This document shows positions 1-12,347 of a DNA stretch of 64,000 nt, one piece after another. The notes below the pieces were generated by a model. The model had not been told where the DNA came from, ran no database searches, and was given only the letters and a program-made list of their open reading frames with translations. How positions within the stretch are numbered: position 1 is the first letter of the stretch; every line of letters begins with the position of its first letter. A program made the translations under genes and the position numbers. Source of the DNA: Batkoa obscura (Eukaryota); assembly GCA_030770535.1 (NCBI GenBank), contig JASVEC010000002.1, positions 1,116,001-1,180,000 of the forward strand, in the 5' to 3' direction.

Positions 1-408
1 TGTTGAGTTTATAACATTTAACTGAATCTTGAGTATTTGAGAAAGTGTTTGAAAAAAATTAACAAATCTCTTATTTAGTTTTCTATGCTTAATGAATGAC
101 ATTAATATTGATTTAGAAATAAATAACCAAAATTCAAAAAGATCCAAATTTAACAATTTAAAATTGGCATATTATTAGTTTTGACTATAATAAAAGTTTA
201 TATCTATTAGTAGAAATTTATTAAAACGATATCAAACTTTTTTGCGACCATTTTTGCACAATCTAACAACGCATATCTAAGACGATATTTATTATATCAA
301 GTAAAAACTATTGAAAAGACCTTCATTAAATAAAAGACAGAAATTTATTTCATATCTTTTAGATAAAGTATTTGGTTTATAATTTTAAACAAAGCATTAA
401 CTAGATAT

Positions 409-507
409 GGAAGTCTTTTTTTCGGCTTCATTATTTTTTCCATCTTTTAAGCGTTATTTGAGTGGAAAACTTGTTAGTGAAATTCTTAAACAAAAAAATA
501 TATCCCC
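409..507. mobile_element. ~99-bp MITE (Sola-like family)
   Basis: ATAT TSDs; family consensus. Confidence 0.85.
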
Positions 508-934
508 ATATATTAAACTTTTTATTAGAATTCAACATTTTATATATATTTGGTATTCACTCTATAAAGTTTAAAGTATCAATATGTAGCATTTTGAGAT
601 AAAAATAGATGAGCACACTATATTTTAAAATGTTCCAATCTTTTAATTTTAACTAACAATGTTAATATAAGTTAATAATGTTATACGATTAGTTGATACT
701 GATGTATTCAATAACTCAATAGGGCACAAATTTTTTTATTTAATAAAAGTACATATTATTTATTAAACTTGCATTCAAATTGTTTAACGCAATTATCATT
801 TTGTTCTATTCAAGCATGTAAGCTTGTTATTACATATCAAAACATTGCATATCGACTTCAATATTTTAATTGATTTAAACTACCTTATTTACTTCACTAT
901 ATCATTCTGCAGCATTAGAAATTAAATACAATAT

Positions 935-1030
935 GGGGATTTATTTTCGTATTTAATAGTTTTAATAATTTTTCTGCTCAAATAGCGTTTTAAAGATGGA
1001 AAAAGTAAGAAACCAAAAAAAAACATCCTC
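935..1030. mobile_element. MITE
   Basis: ATAT-GGGGAT...CATCCTC-ATAT. Confidence 0.85.
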
Positions 1031-2578
1031 ATATAGTTATTCAGGTAAACTGGATCTTGAATCTACCATTTAAGTAGCTAAATTAAATAATAACTATATG
1101 TAAGCTTTCTTAGTACTTTAGAATTTTAACAATGTTTTGTATTTTTACCTAAAATTTTAAAATTAGCAAGTGATATATAATGATGCTATAAATTGCTTAG
1201 GCAACATTTAAAAACTAAAAAGATACATGAAAGCTACAATTATACTTATAGTGATATATTTCAATTTGCACACATACAGATTTTTTATTTTTTTTGTTTT
1301 AATAAAGTGTATGAGTATGTCTTAAGTTTTAATTTTTCCATTTTTTAAATGCTGTTATGGAAAAATGTTAGTAAAATTCTTTAACAAAAGATATCCACAT
1401 ACAATGATATATCCTTTTTAAAATTTTATGTTGCTTAAAAAGTGAACCTAATATCAAAAGAGAAAATTAGCTAATATTTCTTACAAACAAAATCTTATTT
1501 GATAACAAAAATACAATTTAATTTTAACTTTATATAAGCTATTTATTATAGTTTATACATTATCATTTATTATATCATTTTTTGTAACTATTTCAAAAAA
1601 TGCCTAGAAATGCTATTTGAAATAACATACCTTATTTCAACAAACCCACCCCCGGTTTATTGATTTAAAAAGCGCCTTTGATTAAAATAGTAGTAAAATA
1701 GATCTATAGATGATAATTAAATTAGTATGCTATCAGTCGAATAATACTATATATTAGCCCTTATATATTAGTGAAAATATATATAACAACAAATTAATAC
1801 TTGAAAATAACAAGTAAGGATATATAGGCTTGTTATCATTACTTTGATAATAAATTTTATTGCACTAACATCAAACATTAATAATTGATACAATAAAAAT
1901 AACCAAAACTGAAAAATGGGGGCTATTTTGGTTACTAAAAATAAGAATCAAACAATACTAATATGGATAGAGATATGACTTACTATTACTACACAACAAA
2001 GTGTATCCTTTTTTGTATTTTTTAAATTTGACTGTAGGTGTAGAGTACTATTATGACCAAAGAGCCCTTTTATTTAACAAAACAAGTCCAATCCATTGGT
2101 AATTCCTTTACTCTTTAAAACCATATGATTTCTGGTAGTTAAATCTATAATGATACTGATAGCAAAAATAAAAACTGGTTTATGTTTTTAATAGAAAGAG
2201 TTAATAAATTTTAGGGGCGGTAAGCTTATAGCAAGTTAATAGAGACTTAAATGAGGGGTAACAAAAAAATATAGGGGTGAATAAAGTTAATAGCCACTAA
2301 TAATAGTAAAGATAAGGAGTCAAATATTTCAAATTGAACAAAAATAAACATTAATAATTATATGGCTTAATATGCTAACTCAATTTAGCTTTGTGATGAA
2401 ATAAAAGTGTTAAACCTTTACTATTTTTTAGAACTTTTAATTCTTATTTACTTATTAGTTAACTAATGAAGTCATTTTTTCTAATTATACAATTATAAAT
2501 TAAATTTCATTTTGAATAAAAAAGTATAAATAGGCTAAATATAAAAATAAAGTAGTTATAGTTTGATTTAAATCCCCA

Positions 2579-2944
2579 ATGCAACAATCTTTTAGAAAAG
2601 TGCTAAACAAAGTACAGAACTTATGTCAGCGAGAGGAAGAGGAGCTTAAGTTACAGATAGAAAATAAGATTCAGTTTATAAGGTGTAAAAGCAGAACGAT
2701 CAAATCCAAATTCAGTAAAAATAGGCATAGTAGCTATGAAGATTATAATATTGATATAAAATGCGACTGTGAATCTGATTTGGATTTGGAATTAAAAGAA
2801 GCTAGGGATAAGATGAGGATGGTCGCCTTTGATCATATGCTGATATACGGATTTCCAGGCTCCTTGGATTCAGTGAGTAAATTTCAGTCGACCATTCATA
2901 TCTCATTAACACCTAAGGTGGCTACACATTTAAATAATAATTAA
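2579..2944 (+). CDS. Small hypothetical protein (121 aa), paralogue of 5260..5712
   Basis: Intronless ORF with TATAAA upstream (~2525). The C-terminus FDHMLIYGFP...TIHISLTPKVA matches that of the convergent ORF. Confidence 0.75.
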   Translation: MQQSFRKVLNKVQNLCQREEEELKLQIENKIQFIRCKSRTIKSKFSKNRHSSYEDYNIDIKCDCESDLDLELKEARDKMRMVAFDHMLIYGFPGSLDSVSKFQSTIHISLTPKVATHLNNN

Positions 2945-3415
2945 TAATAAACAATGTAATCTTATTTTACTTTTAATTTTAACTTTGATTACTATTTTAC
3001 TTTTTGACCTTTTGCTTACTATAAGATATATTGACTTTATAAAAACTTATTTAGTAAATCATAATCACTTATTTATCATGATACCAACCATTAAATTCAG
3101 TAGTGCTAGGTGTTCAGTATAGTGAGGTAAATAAAAGAATAATTTAAAACTGTGTCTATAGGAATTTTTTTCGGTGGATACTATCATAGATTGATCGAAG
3201 CAAGTATTTGTGAAAAATTAACATAAAGCATCAGCACATTAAAATATACTTATTTCCCTACTATCTTAATGTTAGTTTTAATGATTTTTTGATTTGATTT
3301 TTAGCGGACTACATTATAAAAAAATCAAAGTATGTTATAATATACATTTGTTAAGAATGCTTTGTATAACATTCTCTTTATTTTTATGTTTTATTAACTA
3401 GTTTAAACAAAATAT

Positions 3416-3513
3416 GGGAGTGTTTTTTTGGCTTTATTATTTTTTCTATCTTTTAAGTACTATTTGGGTAGAAAAATTGTTAGTGAAATTCTTAAACACA
3501 AAAATACATCCTC
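3416..3513. mobile_element. MITE
   Basis: ATAT TSDs; family consensus. Confidence 0.9.
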
Positions 3514-3823
3514 ATATTGTGTTCTTAATGCTTAAAAGTCTGTTTATTTTATTTTTCTGATGCTTTATAGATAAAGTCTCGTATCAATTTTGTTTTTAAA
3601 GAATAGAGTAGTTCATCTTCAAATATAACTCACTTGTTTATATAGTCATATGTAAAAACGATATTTATTTTTTGAAGTAATTGAATATGTTTAAAAGCAT
3701 AAATACTTGATGTATTATTCATAAAACAAGTGCAATACCCCTTTTGCCAAAAGCTGTATAATTTATAGAGAATTTAAAGATGAAGCTTTATATATGTTTT
3801 ATATGTACTTGAGCCAATAAAAA

Positions 3824-3895
3824 GGCTCAATGGTCTAGTGGTATGATTCACCCTTAGGGTGGGTGAGGTCCCGAGTTCAATTCTCGGTTGAGCCC
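3824..3895 (+). tRNA. tRNA-Pro(AGG)
   Basis: Acceptor stem GGCTCAA/TTGAGCC, anticodon arm CACCC-TTAGGGT-GGGTG, T-loop TTCAATT, T-run terminator at ~3901. Confidence 0.97.
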
Positions 3896-4083
3896 ATTGA
3901 TTTTTTTTGATTGTTTGTCGTTAAAACGGCATGAGTTATTTAAGATAATAGGTTTAAAAGGCTACTAATTTTAGTGCTTTATGTATACTTGAGTTGTTTA
4001 ATCAAATAATACAGTATTAATTTTCAACTTTTCCTACTATGTGATACTATTTTTGGTAATTTAGGTAATATTTTCTACTATAT

Positions 4084-4182
4084 GGGAGTGTCTTTTTTGA
4101 CTTCATTATTTTTTCCATTTTTTAAGTGCTATTTGAGCGGAAAATTTGTTAGTAAGATTCTTAAATACAAAAATACATCCCC
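4084..4182. mobile_element. MITE
   Basis: ATAT-GGGAGTGT...ACATCCCC-ATAT. Confidence 0.9.
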
Positions 4183-4448
4183 ATATTCTGTAATGTTAGT
4201 TCATTAAAGGATGTGAACGCATTGCTATTAGTAGTTACATTGACAATTTTAAATTTTGAATTTAACTTTACTTTTATCAACATAGTAACCGATCACATTA
4301 AATAAAATTTAGTATAAAGGTTGAGGCTTGGTGATCTAGCTAATATCAAACTTATTAAAAGCTAGAATTAGGTACTATCAATATCGGATGTTGTTAAACT
4401 ATAATTCAAGACTACATCGTAAAACTTTAAGTTAAAACTACAATATAC

Positions 4449-4504
4449 GGGGATGTATTTTTTTACTCAATTTTACTACAATTCTTAAACACAAAAAAGC
4501 ACCC
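4449..4504. mobile_element. Short MITE variant
   Basis: 56 bp with two A-type ends. Confidence 0.6.
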
Positions 4505-5259
4505 ATATATAGTACTACTAAGGTATTAAATTGCAAATAATACTATCTTGAAACTCCTCTTTTATAAAACACTAGATTAGTTTATTATAGTTAAGTAATT
4601 TAATAAAGTAATAAATGTTTTCTTGTTGTTTTGCTTTATAGGTTCTTTATATTAAATAAACTAGTGACATAAGCGCCTATTAATTGATGCTCAACAATTA
4701 ATATTAATAGATTTTTATAAATAGTAAACTATAGTAGCCAGAAATATATATTTAATTTTAATTTTAATTTTAATAGCTATGACTATCTATATAAAGTCGT
4801 ATTAAACCAAGTCTTATAAGAGTAATATACTCTTATTTTTATGAAGTAGTCTTACAACATGTTACAATAATATTAAATAACATGTATTAGTTGTAATTGT
4901 ATTAAATAATACCAAGAAAATTAAAAGCAAAATGAAAACTTAATATTTTCAAGCAATGCTAAGCAAAGTACCATGGAAAAAGGCTCGTAAAATTTTGTTT
5001 CAAGCCAATTTACTATGGTTCAAATTACATAATAGTTGATCGTCCTTAATAAGGTTAAACCAATGATAATAAATTTCACAAGTTTAGTGATATTTTAAAG
5101 TTTTAATTATTTGTAATAATACATATAAACATATCTCATTGAAACTTAGGAGTGTGACTATCGATCTATTGTTAGAAAATAAAATAAAATAGTTGTATAG
5201 TTAAATTACAATTTATTAAAATTTAAAGCATATATGGTACATTAAAGGTGAATGATAGA

Positions 5260-5712
5260 TTAGGTCCTCATTTTAGCAACTTCCGGAGTTAGAGAAATAA
5301 ATATTGTAAGCTCCTTTTCAGGCGTATTTAGGCTCTTTAAGTTAAGAGTAGGAAATCCATTGGTCAACATAGAATCGAAATCATTAGCTAACTTGATCCT
5401 TCTTCTTGCATGTTTAAGGCTGTGGTCATCGTGAAAGAACCTTAATTGAGAGGTTGAGCAGTTATTCTTTAAAGTGCGATTCAAGCTATGCTGCCTTTTG
5501 TTGGAGTATTTATGATGTGATAGACTGTTATCATCTTTACTGTATACTCTACTATTGTTTTTTTCTATTTTAGAGGTTGGTAAAGAGTTCATTCTTGCTC
5601 TACCATGATGGAAGTTAGTATTTGATAACTCTTCCGTTTTATTTGGTATAGACTTTATTTTATCCCACATACGAGCCAAAGATGAATCCATATTTTGAAT
5701 AATGTTCTTCAT
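5260..5712 (-). CDS. Small hypothetical protein (150 aa), paralogue of 2579..2944
   Basis: Intronless ORF with C-terminus FDSMLTNGFP...TIFISLTPEVA. Confidence 0.75.
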   Translation of the reverse strand: MKNIIQNMDSSLARMWDKIKSIPNKTEELSNTNFHHGRARMNSLPTSKIEKNNSRVYSKDDNSLSHHKYSNKRQHSLNRTLKNNCSTSQLRFFHDDHSLKHARRRIKLANDFDSMLTNGFPTLNLKSLNTPEKELTIFISLTPEVAKMRT

Positions 5713-8010
5713 TTTATATTTAATTAAAGTTTTGAATTGAATTAGTTTGATTTCGGCTGTATTTATATGTTCTTGATTTCATTATTTCATAATTCGATAA
5801 TTTTACTTTCTAACCGAAATTGTACTTAATTTTCAATAAGTAATGAAGCGGGCAAAAAACTATAATGATTAATTGTATGATGTAATAAAATAAAAGTGAG
5901 CTGAGATTTTGTAGAATTTTCAACTTTTGGCCTAAATTGAAATTTTATTCTAATAATGAACTCGATATTTGCATTTTAACTAATTATTATAATCTGGGGT
6001 AAAGAAAATATCTTAGTGATTAAAAACGTTGGAGGTAAATAAAACTGAAGCAATTCATCCTTAGCTACATCCTTGTTATTATTTAAGAATGATCTAGCAA
6101 TTACCATACTTCTACAGTTTATCATTTCTATTTACATTTTATAAGTTAATTACTTATGTTTACATTCAGTTTTTCTCCCCTACATCTATGAAGTCAAAAA
6201 TTTAATCATTACAGCTCATGATTATTCTCATTATTACAATATTTAGATCAGGCTCCCAGTATCTCTTATTTTGGTGAGAGTTATCTGTTTTCTAAAGGCA
6301 CTAAATTATTGGCTATAACTCCCATATGAAATTCAATTACTGCATATCATATCGTTACTTTTATCCTAACTTTTGTATACACACCGAGCATTTTAAAGTT
6401 AAAAAATGTACTGCTATTTTCATATATCTTATTGTTCAATGAAAACAATGTGATTTAATAATCTTTTATTGGTTAGTTTATCTGAGCTATGATTTAAACG
6501 TAAGTGTAAAATATAGCTTAGTTTGAAACTATTTTTACAAATACTAAAATAGTCTACAGGTTCTTAAAGTGAACACGTGTTTGTTAATTAAGTGGTTTTA
6601 TATAATAATATGGGTTGTTTTAAATATAAACTTAGCTATAATTTTCAAGTATTAGCAGATTAAAATTAAATAACAAATATCGGAAAAATGACTTGTTGTA
6701 CTTTTAATAAACTAAAATTAAATGTTAACATTCAAAAAAACCAATATTATGACAGTTAATGTGTAAAGTAAGACAACTATGATTAAATTACGGTATATAA
6801 TCTATAAACTTACTAAGTCCACCTTATAGATAAATAAGCTTAACTATATAGGTTTAATATAATTGGGAATTATGAGGAGCTAGATATTAGATTATCCATT
6901 AATATTAATATTAATAGTATAAAATAAGTATATACATTTTTAAATTTTATTTACAATTGATTATAAAAAAAGGAATAATTTAACAATTAACCTAACTAGC
7001 TTAATAAAATTATAGCCTATAATTAAATTATATTAGGCTTTTTATTATATAATTAACTATAGCATATTAATAGATTTAGAATACAGATAATTTGCTTTTT
7101 AAAGATTAAAAGTATTAGATTACTGATCAATCGAAAAATATTATTATTATCAATTGTTATTTTAGGGTTATTAGTATAATTAAATAATAAACATATCCCT
7201 GAATTTTTAGTTTTACTATCTAATTAGTCAATTTATCTATCCCTGAATTTTGTTTGATTTTAAGCTTTTTTATACTTTAAATTAGCTAATTTACTAGTGA
7301 ACAAAACCTTAATTATTAGTATTCTTAATTTACTATATTTTACATCTAATAAACTTATTTATTGTTAGGTACTTTACAATTTAAATATAAATAGGATATT
7401 TGAAAATAGTGTAAAAAAATAAAGTTGAAAATTTTCTATAAATTTAGATGAAAAATTAGAAAATATAATAAATAATTGTTATACTTGATAGTTAGTGTAA
7501 ATGTTATATCCTTAAAAAGCTAAAAAAGTTATCACCAATGATACCACAGGCTACTTTAGAAAATAAGATAAAAAAATACATGTAATCTATTATTTATGGA
7601 AACCTTAAAATGTTCAGAAATATTAAAATACTATGGTAAAATGTTTGAAACATTTTTTATTCAATAGCTCAATATGAACTAAAAATAAAAGTAGACTATT
7701 CCAAACCATGAAAACAATACCCTACTAATAAGAGTAAATGACTATTGAATATATCTGAAGGGTCTTTGTATAATTATATTGAAGGATTAAAGCTCAATAA
7801 GATGTAAATAATCCAAAGCAAGGGATCGAAACTACATAAATGATGGAAACAGAACTAAAGCTCATAACCAAAATTCAAAAAAGTCAATAATTTTCGACGC
7901 TTGATTCTTAATTTTTATCTAGTATAAAATTGATATAAATCCAAGTGTTTAAAAAATACGACGATTCTTCTATTTAAATGATGCAAACCTGTGCATTACA
8001 ACTAATTGTT

Positions 8011-10827
8011 TCAAAGCTTTCTTTTCTTTTGAGTCATTTCTTCTTTAGGTACTTCGGTATGACTAATATCAGAACCATACTCTACATCTTCTTTGGACGT
8101 TTCTTCATATGAAGTAAGTTCTGAATCATCTTCATGCCCATCCAATGCTTCATATAGCTTTCTTGTAATTTTCACCTCTTTTTTACGCCAAACTTCTCGA
8201 ATTTCCTCCGTTTCTCTATCTTCTATTTTTCCTTGGCTATTTAATTTACTAGTGTGTGCTTTATCTCTACCATTCCCGTCTTCAAACATTTTCTCATCTA
8301 TTACTATTCCTTCTTCACTTACTCGCGCTTCTTCAATTTGTTTCGCCTCTTCATTTATTTGTTCTTCTCTCGTTTTTTCTTCTTTGATTTTCTCTTTCCC
8401 TACTTTTCCTCTTTCCACTTCCTTGTCCCTATCTTCGTTACTGTTTTTGTTTTTTATTTTGAACTGGGGCCTAAACACTCTTTTAAATTCTTTTGTAGGA
8501 ATCGAAAAAGAGCTGTAGTCAGCATAAGTTGGGATAATTGCAGGACAAAACTTGATTGGGTAGTATGTTAGTCCACCTGTCAAAGAATAAATATTGGTGA
8601 AGTCCTTATATATAAATACTTTGGATGCACCTATTTCTTTGGCCTTAATTAGTATTCTTTTATTAATACACTTTTCACAATTACATTCTTCTTGACACAT
8701 AAAACAATGCCATTCTTTAAGCTGAGAAATTAAATAAGGATCTGTATTCTCTTTAGTAACCAAAACCTTATGACATACTTTGGATTTACATTTGTTACAA
8801 CTTACTACATCAATCCCTAAATGAATTTCCTTACAAGATTTACAGTGCATGTTTCTCTAAATCAAAATAAGTATTAGAACTTCATTAAGAACAGCAACTT
8901 ACCCCTTTTAATAAGGAATAGTTCTTTAATGCTACAGTAAGCGTTGAATGAACATTGGAGTCGTTTTTATATATCATACTAAAATTGAAGTTAGATTTTA
9001 CTCTTTTATAAAAAAAAACTACTTACTTTGTATATGGTTCATTCAGAACAACTTCGTTGCTTCCATTTTTCTGCAAATAGTTGTTAAGTGTAGAAATAAA
9101 GTCATAAGTTTTTTGGCTTACAACTTCTACATTTTTAACACTTTTAAATTGAATAGATTTCATATTTTTGCATACTCTTCCCATCCCAAGGCAGTAAATA
9201 CAAATTTCATGCCCGATTTCATCCTCGTTCTCACATAAACCACAATGAAAATAATGAAGGTAGATATCTGATTTACAAAAATCGCAAACTATGTTGTATT
9301 CATAATATGAATCTTCAGCCAAAACAGTTGGTTTTATTTCTTTAATCGAACGAATGCTGTCATCTTTTATTTCATCTCTGAGTGAATGACAATAAAGCTC
9401 TAATAATAATTTATAATCTTCTACAAAATTACTTAATTTATCTCGGCAATAAGCTCTGATTTTGTTTTTTTTACTCTTTTTCATCCATCTCATCATCTTA
9501 TTAATCCCATAATCTACCATTCTTTTTGTTTGATAAATCTCTGGTTTCAAGATCCTCCGATTAATCAAATTGACTTCTCTGATCGCGTATTTCAACGATT
9601 TAGCTGTGTTTCTATTCCATGAGTATTTGATATTAGCTCCTTTACCAATATTAACGACCTGATGAGCACATAAAGAAGGAACGAGAACAAAATCGCCAAG
9701 GGATTGTTCAATAAGCGTTACTTTAAATGGCATTTCTAATATTTTATGAACCGGCATACAATAGTTATCTTGATCTAATGAGTAAAACCCCCCTCCATTT
9801 TCAGCAAAGAATTTTCGTGCTAATCTCCGATTATTTGTGTCAATCATAAACCAAAGGGCTTTACTACCATTTTCACTGCTTACCATAATATTATGACCTA
9901 GTGAGCCACAAATATCAAAGTGTGCTGGGGTATAAGTACCTTCATATCCAACATAAAGCATCAGATTATCAATTGAATTTTTGTTCATACTATTAAGGTC
10001 ATTGCATCCTAAATATTGTAAATCAGAAGGAATGATTTTATTGATTTTATTCTTCCATTCAAGTGGATACTCGATATCTTTACCGTATAGTAGTGGGGAA
10101 CTCTTACAAGACTTTTTGCGCTCCATCGATTCACAAAATTTAGTGAATGTCATAAATCTATCTTGTTTTTTTTTTAAATCTCGGACTGCAACTTCTATTC
10201 AAATGTTTAGTATCACTTATATTCTACATTATCAATCTTACTAGTGCTTTTCATCTTTTCCTTCAACCAACCCAAACTAAATAGTTTGCTATCAAATCCC
10301 TCTAACTTGTGTAAATTCTTAATTACTAATGGTATCCCTTGTGTGACTACTTTTTCATCAACTTCATTGAGAATCTTGTCCCAACCTTCTGAAGCGTCAA
10401 TTGTAAAACCTTCAACAAAGTTAGGATATCTTATCAAATTTTCATAGTTATATTCTTCTTCATCATATTTCATTTCATCTGCATCGTTATATTTATTAAC
10501 TACTTCCTCTAAATTCATTGGTGAAGGATACTGACCATTTGCTTGATCAACTAGATTATCTGTATCATTGCTTTTGGTACCTTGTTTCAATGAGATATTT
10601 TCCTCATAAACCAAACTGCTATTGTTACTATTTTCGATTTGAGTTAGTGAACTTGTTTCTTCATTAGATAAAATATCGATATTATAATCCTCAAATTCTT
10701 GATTCAATAAATCATTTTGTTGATCAACTGTATTTTCAACATTATTGTTTTCACTTTCTTGAATTAGTGATCCAATTACTTCATCGACTAGATTGTCAGT
10801 ATTACTATCCTTAATATCTTCGCTCAT
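8011..10827 (-). CDS. JmjC-domain protein with Cys-rich zinc fingers (putative histone demethylase), 4 exons, ~891 aa
   Basis: Exons 10827-10242, 10194-9027, 8978-8903 and 8856-8011 join in frame via GT-AG introns of 46-48 nt. JmjC Fe-binding HFD...H (YTPAHFDICG; VLVPSLCAHQV); multiple CxxC pairs downstream. Confidence 0.9.
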
Positions 10828-11985
10828 TAAACAATTTGTTCAAGCTTGAAAGTCTACCTGATTTTAATTTAAGTTTTCTTCTTTTTACTATAACTCTAAA
10901 CTTCGTCGCTTAAATTCCATCCAATAAGATTTCATCGATCATAATTTTTGCTTTTATTTTTGCATTTTTAAGAAAATATGGATTTGCACTTTTGTGTAGG
11001 ATTGTTTGAATAATCTATACTTTTGATTTCTTATAACTTGACCAATATTAAATAAAATTAGTAATCTTCAAAGTGCAATAAACTTTAAATACTGATATGC
11101 TATCAACTATATAAAGTTTTATTTCATAATTGTGTTTTTAGAATATTGGAACTAAAGTTAGTCTATTATAAAAATTGTCTTCTTCACCTTAGATTTACAA
11201 AAGTATTTAGATTTGAGCTATTTTTTAAGAATTGTATAATTCAGCTAACATCTAAGTAAACTGTAGTATCAAAGCATTGAAATCAATATAAGATTAAGTA
11301 CAAGAACTATTGTAGTAAGCCAAAGCTATGAAAAATGCTTAAAATTTTAAATCTTAAATAGACATTCTTTATTCAGAGTTATAAACTTTGCATCACAGCA
11401 TTACTATGTTTTTTTATTCAGGTATGCCTGTTATATATATTGAGATATACATAGCATTATTTGCAAAAACTCGTTTTAAGTATCTAATTAAGTAATATAT
11501 AAAAAAGCTGTTTAAAAGTTATAATCTAATTAAAGTTGTTATTATAAAAATATATACTTTATTAAATAGATTATGTTGTCAGGCTGAAAAAAAGATATTA
11601 AGCTTTGCAATAAATAGGCACAGGGCGGACAAATTTTTAACCAATAAAAACACGAAGAAAATAAGGGATAAAATTTAGTCCAATAAAATAGAATTGAGAT
11701 ATATATAGAACATAGTAACTCTTTTCATTATATAAGCAATATCCAAGGGTTTTTATATAGCTTTTAGTTTTAGGGTTAACAAGAATGTCAAAAACAATAC
11801 TGATATCACAAATTTATCATTAGAATTAAACATTAGCCTTTGTTATAAATTACAAAAACCCAGAATTATAGATATTAAACCACAAAAATCATTACATCAT
11901 AAGCTAATACTATTGTGCATAACCCCGGTTTACTCAAGCTACTTGTAGAAATTTATTTTTATTACTTAAAATTGTTAAGAATAAT

Positions 11986-12033
11986 TTATGAATAAAATTA
12001 TGAATAAAATTATGAATAAAATTATGAGTAAAA
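11986..12033. repeat. 12-bp tandem repeat (TTATGAATAAAA) x4
   Basis: Read directly from the sequence; the last unit has one mismatch. Confidence 0.85.
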
Positions 12034-12347
12034 GGAACTAAATAAAATACAGAAAAATAATTCTGGCTATACACAAATAGTTTTGCTTTTAATGCTTTTA
12101 ATGCTTTTTATACTCTACTACTTGATAACCCTATTTGTTATTTGTATAATAAACTAAATTACTATATACTCAAGGGCTTTATCTGAATCTGATACTGAGA
12201 GTAGTTTAAAACCCAATTTGAAGTCTATTTACTAAATCAAAAAAGTTGAGCCAACTGTTGAAGAATAAAAATCCAAATTTCTGTAACCTGATTTAAGTGA
12301 ACCAATTTAAATTGAGAAAAAGTAAGTTTGATTTTTTTAAATTTAAA

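Noticed and set aside
8093..8571. Plus-strand ORFs overlapping the JmjC gene (and similar shadow ORFs over other genes)
   Set aside because: Antisense shadows of low-complexity coding sequence with F/S/L-biased composition.
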